A model generated the notes under the pieces. It was not told the DNA's origin, did not search any database, and worked only from the letters and a program-made list of their open reading frames with translations. Below, piece by piece: positions 57,737 to 64,000 of a stretch of 64,000 nucleotides of DNA. Source of the DNA: Sphingobacteriales bacterium (GTDB lineage: Bacteria > Bacteroidota > Bacteroidia > Chitinophagales > CAIOSU01); the NCBI GenBank assembly GCA_027486795.1, contig JAIXOI010000040.1:10972-74971 (forward strand), written 5' to 3'. Made by a program: the position numbers and the translations under genes. Each line of letters begins with the position of its first letter. The stretch's first letter is position 1.

Positions 57737-57845
57737 ATTAGATATGAAATATAAAATTTGAAATAGGAAACATTGCTCCTAATTTGCAAAAGTGCAATGC
57801 ATTGTCATTCAATTCCAGTCTTTCACATTTCCTATTCCACATTTC

Positions 57846-59705
57846 TTATTTGATTTCGTTTTTCTCCCACCAACGATGGAGTATTATGGTGAGCCAAACA
57901 CGGTTGTAAAGATAATCTTTGCCCGATAAATATTGTGCTACCAATGTTTTAACTGCCTCTGGCTGCATTAATCCGGCCTTTTTAATCAAATCGGGGTGGG
58001 TATATTGGTCAATCAAATGTCTCAACTCTTTTTTCAACCATTGGTTTATGGGCATGCCAAAACCCCACTTGGGCCTATCAAAATACTCCTTTGGCACGTA
58101 ATCGTAAAGTACCTGTTTCAATAGGTACTTTAGATTGCCGTCCTTCATTTTTAGGCTTGGGTGTACGTTTAAGGCAAACTCCACCAAACGGTAATCCAGC
58201 AGCGGTACACGGCTTTCTAGGCTGTAGCGCATACTGGCGCGGTCAACCTTTACCAGCAAATCGTCGGGCAAATAGTAGCGCATATCAAACACCGCTTGCT
58301 CTTCGGCTGGGCTAAGGGTGCGGCCAGTTACATGGTTGTCTTCATCCAACCTTATGTGGCTCTTTTTGTTAAAGTCGGCCGTAAAATACTGTCCAAAATC
58401 TCCTTCGCTGAAGTAGTACTGCTCTTGGCTAAAAATATGCGATTTCAATCGGGCTTTATCGGTATACTTAAACATTAAGGCAGCGCGCTGCTTGCGGTTA
58501 TCGCCCATAGATAGTGCCGCGGCAATTGGTGTGCGCAGGGCACTAACCAAAGGATTGTTGAGCCGCTGTGCCCAATTGTAAAAGCCATAGCCCATATATG
58601 TCTCATCGCCCCCATCGCCGCTAAGGGTCATGGTTACGTGTTGGCGGGCCAATTTGCTCACCAGCATGGTTGGCACCGAAGATGAATCGGCAAACGGTTC
58701 GTCGTATACGTCAATTACTTCTTCAAATAGGTCAATTGCCTCCTGGTAGCTTACCGTAAATTCGTGGTGCTTGGTGCCCAAGTATTCGGCCACTTTACGG
58801 GCATGTTCGGCCTCATTAAAGCTCGATTCTTTAAAACCGATAGAGAACGTATTTACTGGTTCGCTGCTGATGCTTTGCGCCACAGCAGTAACTAGGCTGC
58901 TATCAATTCCACCACTTAAAAAGGTACCGAAAGGCACATCAGCAATCAGGCGGTATTGCACGGCACTAGTCACCAGTTCTTTCAATTTGGCTTTGGCTTC
59001 GGCCTCATTGATTATTACCTGCGGTGTTATCTTTTCGTTAACCTGCCAATAAGGTTTCAGCTCAAGGTTGTTGGTGCTATTTAACAGTCCCGTGTACCCT
59101 TGCGGAAACTTCTTTATCTCGTTGTAAATAGAGTTGGGTGTGGGCACGTAGCCCAAGTATAAGAACTCTTTTACTGAGTTATAATCAACGGTTAGCTTGT
59201 TTTTTACCTCTGGCAAAGCGGTTAGTGCTTTCAGTTCCGAAGCAAAGACAAAAATGCCATCGTGATGGTAATAATATATTGGCTTGATGCCCAACCTATC
59301 GCGGCAAAGGAAAACGGTGTTCTCTAGCGTATCATATATGGCAAGGGCAAACATACCGTTCATTCGGCTCACAAATGTTGGCCCCCATTGCGCGTATGCT
59401 TCCAGTATTACTTCTGTATCGCCGTGGGTTTTAAGGGTAACGTTTAGGTCCTTCGCAATCTCTTGGAAATTGTATACTTCTCCGTTAAAAATGATTACAT
59501 ACCGCCCATCTGCGCTGTACATGGGCTGGTTGGCCCCTGTTGATAGGTCGATGATGCTTAAGCGCCTATGGCCCAAGCCTGTATGCCCATTATAGAAAAA
59601 CCCGTCTGCATCGGGCCCGCGGTGGCGCAAGGTGGTAGTCATGGCTACCAGCTCATCCTTAGAAATGTGTTTACCCGAAGTAAAAAAACCCGCTATGCCG
59701 CACAT
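57846..59705 (-). CDS. asparagine synthase (glutamine-hydrolysing)-like amidotransferase, second copy
   Basis: MCG N-terminus and SGGIDSS PP-loop. Paralog of 51247..53154. Confidence 0.9.
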   Translation of the reverse strand: MCGIAGFFTSGKHISKDELVAMTTTLRHRGPDADGFFYNGHTGLGHRRLSIIDLSTGANQPMYSADGRYVIIFNGEVYNFQEIAKDLNVTLKTHGDTEVILEAYAQWGPTFVSRMNGMFALAIYDTLENTVFLCRDRLGIKPIYYYHHDGIFVFASELKALTALPEVKNKLTVDYNSVKEFLYLGYVPTPNSIYNEIKKFPQGYTGLLNSTNNLELKPYWQVNEKITPQVIINEAEAKAKLKELVTSAVQYRLIADVPFGTFLSGGIDSSLVTAVAQSISSEPVNTFSIGFKESSFNEAEHARKVAEYLGTKHHEFTVSYQEAIDLFEEVIDVYDEPFADSSSVPTMLVSKLARQHVTMTLSGDGGDETYMGYGFYNWAQRLNNPLVSALRTPIAAALSMGDNRKQRAALMFKYTDKARLKSHIFSQEQYYFSEGDFGQYFTADFNKKSHIRLDEDNHVTGRTLSPAEEQAVFDMRYYLPDDLLVKVDRASMRYSLESRVPLLDYRLVEFALNVHPSLKMKDGNLKYLLKQVLYDYVPKEYFDRPKWGFGMPINQWLKKELRHLIDQYTHPDLIKKAGLMQPEAVKTLVAQYLSGKDYLYNRVWLTIILHRWWEKNEIK

Positions 59706-59839
59706 ACCGCAAAGATAGGAGAAAATGTTACCGATTGCGAGTTAAAAATATGTTGTCAATGCACGTGCAAACGATTTTGCCTAGATGTATAGTTTGAGGT
59801 TCAATAGCAAACTATCATTACCTTTGTTCAGCTTTACAA

Positions 59840-60931
59840 GTGGCAAAAAAATGCGAAGAGCCAATGCTAGATGAAGTAAACGCGCTTTACAAAGAACTTG
59901 AAAGTTGCACTAACAATGACGTACGTTTGCGTATCATGTTTGATATTGCAACTAACCTCCTCAATTTCGATCACAAGCGGGCACTAGATGTGGCTGATGA
60001 AATAAAAGCCTTTGCCGATGAGATAGACAATAATATCGGCAGGGTTTACTACCATTCAACTCGAGGGAGGGTCTTTTTTCAAAAGTCAATGTATCAAGAT
60101 TGCGAGCGTGAGTTTAAGGAAGCCCTCAGGATTTCACTACTTACAACAAGCTTGCTTGACCAAGCAATGTGCCATGATAGTCTTGGCGTACTTTGCACTT
60201 ACCTAAACCAGCACGACAATGCACTTGCCGCGTGCCAAGAGGCTTTAGCTATTTATAAACAAATTGATACTAGGCCAGCTTTTCGTTATCAAGTGGTTTG
60301 CTACAACAATATTGGGGTTACTTACCGCAAAATGTATATGTTCAATAAGGCCGAGGAAGCCTTTCTTAGCGGATTACGGTTGGTTGATGAATATGAAGTA
60401 GGCACCATGAGGTATACGCTTCTCAACAATTTGGCTAAAGTAAAATTAGTTGAAGGTCAATATAGCGAGGCTTTTGCCCTAGCTAATGCAGCATTGAAGG
60501 GTTTTAAGTTGGCTAACCATAAAAACGGTATTGCCATTTCCAGCGTAACTATAGCCAACTGCAACTTAAGCATTGGCGAACATGCATTGGCGCTTACCCA
60601 ATTTTTGAGTGTTTTGAAATTACTTAAGACCATTGATAACAAAGTGGCCGAGATAGCTGCCCTTACGGGATTGGCTAATGTATATGTTAAAATGGAGGCC
60701 TTTAAAGAAGCCAATAAATATTTAGGAAAGGCGCAAGACTTGGCAATAGCTGCTGGCGACGATCAAGAGCTTTGCGAGATATATATGGCGCAAGGAAAAG
60801 CATACATTGCCGAACAGCGAATTGATTTGGCAATAGGGAAGTATAAGTTGGGCTTGGATCTTACCAAAAAACGTAACCTTCCATACACGCACGCAGTTTT
60901 TAAAGACCTACATCGTAATCTTAACATTTAA
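59840..60931 (+). CDS. tetratricopeptide-repeat protein
   Basis: Repeated A..Y/A...L helical pairs throughout. The ORF-track start is a GTG; the first in-frame ATG is at 59864. Confidence 0.7.
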   Translation: MAKKCEEPMLDEVNALYKELESCTNNDVRLRIMFDIATNLLNFDHKRALDVADEIKAFADEIDNNIGRVYYHSTRGRVFFQKSMYQDCEREFKEALRISLLTTSLLDQAMCHDSLGVLCTYLNQHDNALAACQEALAIYKQIDTRPAFRYQVVCYNNIGVTYRKMYMFNKAEEAFLSGLRLVDEYEVGTMRYTLLNNLAKVKLVEGQYSEAFALANAALKGFKLANHKNGIAISSVTIANCNLSIGEHALALTQFLSVLKLLKTIDNKVAEIAALTGLANVYVKMEAFKEANKYLGKAQDLAIAAGDDQELCEIYMAQGKAYIAEQRIDLAIGKYKLGLDLTKKRNLPYTHAVFKDLHRNLNI

Positions 60932-61014
60932 TCGCAGATTACAATCCCCAGTTATTATTGGTATCTATTATCTTTGCCCCCGGGAAACGATTAGCATAAT
61001 ACAATTGGGGAAAT

Positions 61015-62064
61015 ATGCTGGATATAAAAGTGCTTTACGGGCGCTTAGATGCTAGTGACAACGACGAAGAGCGTATGCATATCAAATTTGATATTGCAAC
61101 ATTCTTTCTAAACACCAATGAGCAGCGCACTTTGGCGTATGCCGAAGATATAAATGTTTTAGCCGAAAAGTTAGATAGCAATTTGGGTCGCTGCTATTAC
61201 CACTCAACATTAGGCAGGGTAATGTATCGCCGGTCATCTTTTGGCGAAGCTGCAATTGAATTTCATCGGGCGTTGGAGCTATCATTACTAACGGACGACT
61301 TACTTACCCAAGCCATCTGTTATGATAGCCTAGTAGTGGTTTATGGCCCCCAAAACCGTTATGACCTTGCACTTGAGAACTCCCAAAAAGCATTGGACAT
61401 TTATAAACAGATTGATAGTCAGGCATCGCAATGGCAAATGGCAACCTGCTACAACAATATAGGCATTGCCCACAAAAACCTGTTTCAGCTAGTAGAGGCC
61501 GAAACAAACTTTAAAAAGGGGGTTGAAATTGCCGAAGAATCAGAAAATGAGCGCATTAAATTCATCATTATAAACAACCTGGCACAGGTGAAGGTTTTAC
61601 AGGGCAGGTACGATGAGTGCTTGGCCTATGCAGTACAAGCGTTGGAAGGCTTTAGAAAGCACAACCATAAAGTTGGCGAGTCATATGCATTGGTTTATAT
61701 GGCACATAGTCAATTGGGTAAAGGCGATTATGCGCTAGCACTAAAAACTTACATTGATACTGCCAAATTGCTTAAGGAAATTGATAACAAACCCGTTGAA
61801 GTGCAATTATACATTGGCATGGGTAATGTATATATAAAACTAGAAGCTTACAACGAGGCTCTGAACAATTATAACAAAGCAATTGTAATTGCAGAAACAA
61901 TTGGAGAATGCAGAGATTTATGCGAAGTATATTTATGCTTGAGCAAAGCTTACTGGGGCCTGGGGAATAAGGCTCAATCGCTTGATGCGCTAAATAAAGG
62001 CTTGGCACTTGCCAAAACTGAAAATCTTGTACAATTCGTTTCGGAGTTCGAGAAATTACTTTAA
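61015..62064 (+). CDS. tetratricopeptide-repeat protein (tandem paralog)
   Basis: Colinear similarity to the upstream gene (R..I.FDIAT..LN......L..A..I...A...D.N.GR.YYHST.GRV). Confidence 0.7.
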   Translation: MLDIKVLYGRLDASDNDEERMHIKFDIATFFLNTNEQRTLAYAEDINVLAEKLDSNLGRCYYHSTLGRVMYRRSSFGEAAIEFHRALELSLLTDDLLTQAICYDSLVVVYGPQNRYDLALENSQKALDIYKQIDSQASQWQMATCYNNIGIAHKNLFQLVEAETNFKKGVEIAEESENERIKFIIINNLAQVKVLQGRYDECLAYAVQALEGFRKHNHKVGESYALVYMAHSQLGKGDYALALKTYIDTAKLLKEIDNKPVEVQLYIGMGNVYIKLEAYNEALNNYNKAIVIAETIGECRDLCEVYLCLSKAYWGLGNKAQSLDALNKGLALAKTENLVQFVSEFEKLL

Positions 62065-62080
62065 GGCCAAATGGACTGAA

Positions 62081-62944
62081 CTACTGGGCCAAATATTGGT
62101 AGCCGGTGGTCAATTCTTCGGCAAATAGGTTATATGGTATCAATAAGTATTGCTCTCCTTCGCTGTAGCTAGCAACTTCATAAGGGGCATAAATAAACAA
62201 AAGCCCCTCTGATAAAATACCAAACGTTTCGGGCAGATAAAATACATCTTCTTTAAACGTAAACCCAGCATCTGATAGGTTCATGCCCTCGGCTATTCCC
62301 TTTTGTTTTCTGAAAATTTGCTCACCAAGTGCAAATAGGTTGTAAGGTTCAGCTACAATATTGTTTAGCTTTAAGTGGCGACCGGTAGCTCTATCAAAGT
62401 TTTCTAGGTGGCTGGCATAATTGCCATGTGCCCCGCCATTGAAAAAGAAAACCCAAGCACCAAGTGTAAAGGTTTCTTTGGTTGCTGCTGCTGGCCATAC
62501 GCTGTTTTCTTCACTCCAACCGCGTATTTCTTCGCCCAAGGGTATATCTTTTTTAGCTTCCTGAAAAAACGTAGCACCTATGCTATCTAAATCTTGTTCT
62601 CGGGCTCCCGCTATACCTGTGAGGTAGTACCAATTAAATGCCAACACGGAGTCGTGCAAGCGTTGGTTGGCTTCTGGGTTAAGGGTAAACCAGTGCCACG
62701 ATATTTTACTGCAGGCTTCTTCTTCGCAGTTTTGTTCATTTAGGGCTTTTTCGGCGTTTGTCCAAGAGTATCCTGCCAACTCACTAGGTTTCGGTATCGA
62801 ATCTAGTACAGGTAAGCTGTCGGGTAGCGTAATTATAGGGGCCGACCATGCGGTATCATCTGCTCCGCTGCCTGAGCTGCTGCAAGATGCAATAGTAATA
62901 ATAGTGAAAACACTAAGGCAAAGAAAGCATTTGCTCATTATCAT
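62081..62944 (-). CDS. lipoprotein with DUF3298/RsiV-like domain
   Basis: Lipobox IASC. The FFNGGAHGNY motif is characteristic of DUF3298. Confidence 0.6.
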   Translation of the reverse strand: MIMSKCFLCLSVFTIITIASCSSSGSGADDTAWSAPIITLPDSLPVLDSIPKPSELAGYSWTNAEKALNEQNCEEEACSKISWHWFTLNPEANQRLHDSVLAFNWYYLTGIAGAREQDLDSIGATFFQEAKKDIPLGEEIRGWSEENSVWPAAATKETFTLGAWVFFFNGGAHGNYASHLENFDRATGRHLKLNNIVAEPYNLFALGEQIFRKQKGIAEGMNLSDAGFTFKEDVFYLPETFGILSEGLLFIYAPYEVASYSEGEQYLLIPYNLFAEELTTGYQYLAQ

Positions 62945-63005
62945 TTTTTGGTAAATATAACCTCTATGGCATGGCGTTACAAATTATAGCACGGTATAGC
63001 GTTAA

Positions 63006-63638
63006 TTATTTACGTAAACCCATAATATGCGCCACCAATACAATGGGCACCACAACACCTGGCAAGTATACATATGGAAACTCTAAAATGGCAATATTTG
63101 GCTGATTAAATGCCAATTGCTGAAATGGCAATGGCGCAGATAATATTGCAGTGATAACGATAACTGCCAAAAGAACGATACCTACCACATTCCATGCTTT
63201 AAGCAAAATGGGGTTTAGGTTTTTTTGGCTAAAAACTTTATTAAGCAATAGCATAATTGCCGAAATGCCAATCAAAATATCAAAATTCCAACCCTTGAAA
63301 GTCATCTCAATTGGAACCTTACCGTGCAGGTAAAGCTGATACAAAGTAAGCTCTACGGGCAACCTGATTGCATGTATCGCTAATAGGTAATTTGTATTTA
63401 CAGTTTGCTTTCGGAAGCTAAACACCAAAAATACAACAGACAAAATAGCGGTAAGCAGCACCCACAAAGCCCTTGGTGGCATAGCTTTGGTATTTTGCAA
63501 ATAACCTGAATAAGCAAGCGCGCCCGCCAATATTAACCAAATACTATAAAACCATAGCACTCGCCTATTATTGCCACTGCCTTTAAACAATAGCATAATA
63601 GATAAAAGTGTAATGGTGATGAAAATTACGGGTAGCAT
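63006..63638 (-). CDS. hypothetical integral membrane protein
   Basis: Six or so hydrophobic segments and no recognisable motif. Confidence 0.5.
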   Translation of the reverse strand: MLPVIFITITLLSIMLLFKGSGNNRRVLWFYSIWLILAGALAYSGYLQNTKAMPPRALWVLLTAILSVVFLVFSFRKQTVNTNYLLAIHAIRLPVELTLYQLYLHGKVPIEMTFKGWNFDILIGISAIMLLLNKVFSQKNLNPILLKAWNVVGIVLLAVIVITAILSAPLPFQQLAFNQPNIAILEFPYVYLPGVVVPIVLVAHIMGLRK

Positions 63639-63653
63639 AATATGCGGGGGCGG

Positions 63654-63992
63654 TTAAATTCCAAATTGCCTAAGATGATGATCAGTGTGCTTGTAGACAT
63701 ACTGCCCAATTTGTTCATGAGTCATTTTGCCAAAAAATGGGTGCACAACGGTAAGGTTAGAGTAGTTTTCGTAGGCCTGTAACTGAGCAATCCATTGTTG
63801 TTTCTCTGCTTCAAAATTGCCTGTACCCGTTATTTTAAATGTAGGATGGGTAGGTTGGTTACGCTGCATGTTGTCGGCATTTTTGAGCAAGTTTTTTAAG
63901 GCCATTTGACCAAATAATCGGCCAATAAATAGTCTCTTGTATTGGGTTTTGCCTTGATACATTTCCTCGCTCAAGTTACAGTGCTTTAGCAT
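63654..63992 (-). CDS. DinB-superfamily (DUF1569-like) protein, possibly truncated by the window edge
   Basis: C-terminal HTDHHLRQFG is typical of DUF1569. The frame stays open upstream of the ATG at 63992 up to the window end. Confidence 0.55.
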   Translation of the reverse strand: MLKHCNLSEEMYQGKTQYKRLFIGRLFGQMALKNLLKNADNMQRNQPTHPTFKITGTGNFEAEKQQWIAQLQAYENYSNLTVVHPFFGKMTHEQIGQYVYKHTDHHLRQFGI

Positions 63993-64000
63993 TTGGTAGG

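Noticed and set aside
57737-57845. Palindromic words (caatgcattg, and an aataggaaa inverted pair) between asnB-2 and the epimerase gene. I considered whether this is an invertible promoter or phase-variation switch of the kind found in Bacteroides capsule loci.
   Set aside because: The inverted repeats are only about 9-10 nt long and enclose too little DNA. No recombinase gene is nearby. It is more likely an inter-cistronic hairpin.

Overview
The window looks like a chromosomal segment from a Bacteroidota genome, Sphingobacteriia/Chitinophagia/Saprospiria-like. Evidence: T9SS type-B cargo, PorP/SprF, TAnnTTTG promoter boxes and GIY-YIG-associated repeats. All calls come from reading the ORF translations and the DNA by eye; no searches were run. 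Contents, left to right:
- LytS/LytTR two-component pair.
- Cell-surface cluster: two collagen-like paralogs, a small repeat protein, and a T9SS type-B cargo + PorP/SprF + PorE-like OmpA triad.
- Housekeeping genes: lptB, GH3-family, Rieske, uvrA, queF, ferritin.
- A GIY-YIG nuclease cassette bounded by a 91-bp inverted repeat, placed beside a decayed duplicate of the uvrA 3' end.
- A GS-like enzyme coupled to an ethanolamine-type permease, a RelE-like TA pair and phnA/yjdM.
- An AT-rich two-gene nuclease island, then a ClC channel.
- A polysaccharide-type ABC exporter whose permease and ATPase genes are separated by a methyltransferase and four PhyH-like oxygenase domains.
- A CN-hydrolase / PP-loop amidotransferase / carbamoyltransferase operon.
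- MFS, glpD, ridA and tryptophan 2,3-dioxygenase.
- A Wza/Wzc-type EPS locus with two AsnB-like amidotransferases, then tandem TPR paralogs.
I saw no rRNA, tRNA or CRISPR array. The best candidates for something undescribed are the split Wzm/Wzt oxygenase block, the GIY-YIG cassette at uvrA, the AT-rich nuclease island, and the BclA-like collagen proteins.
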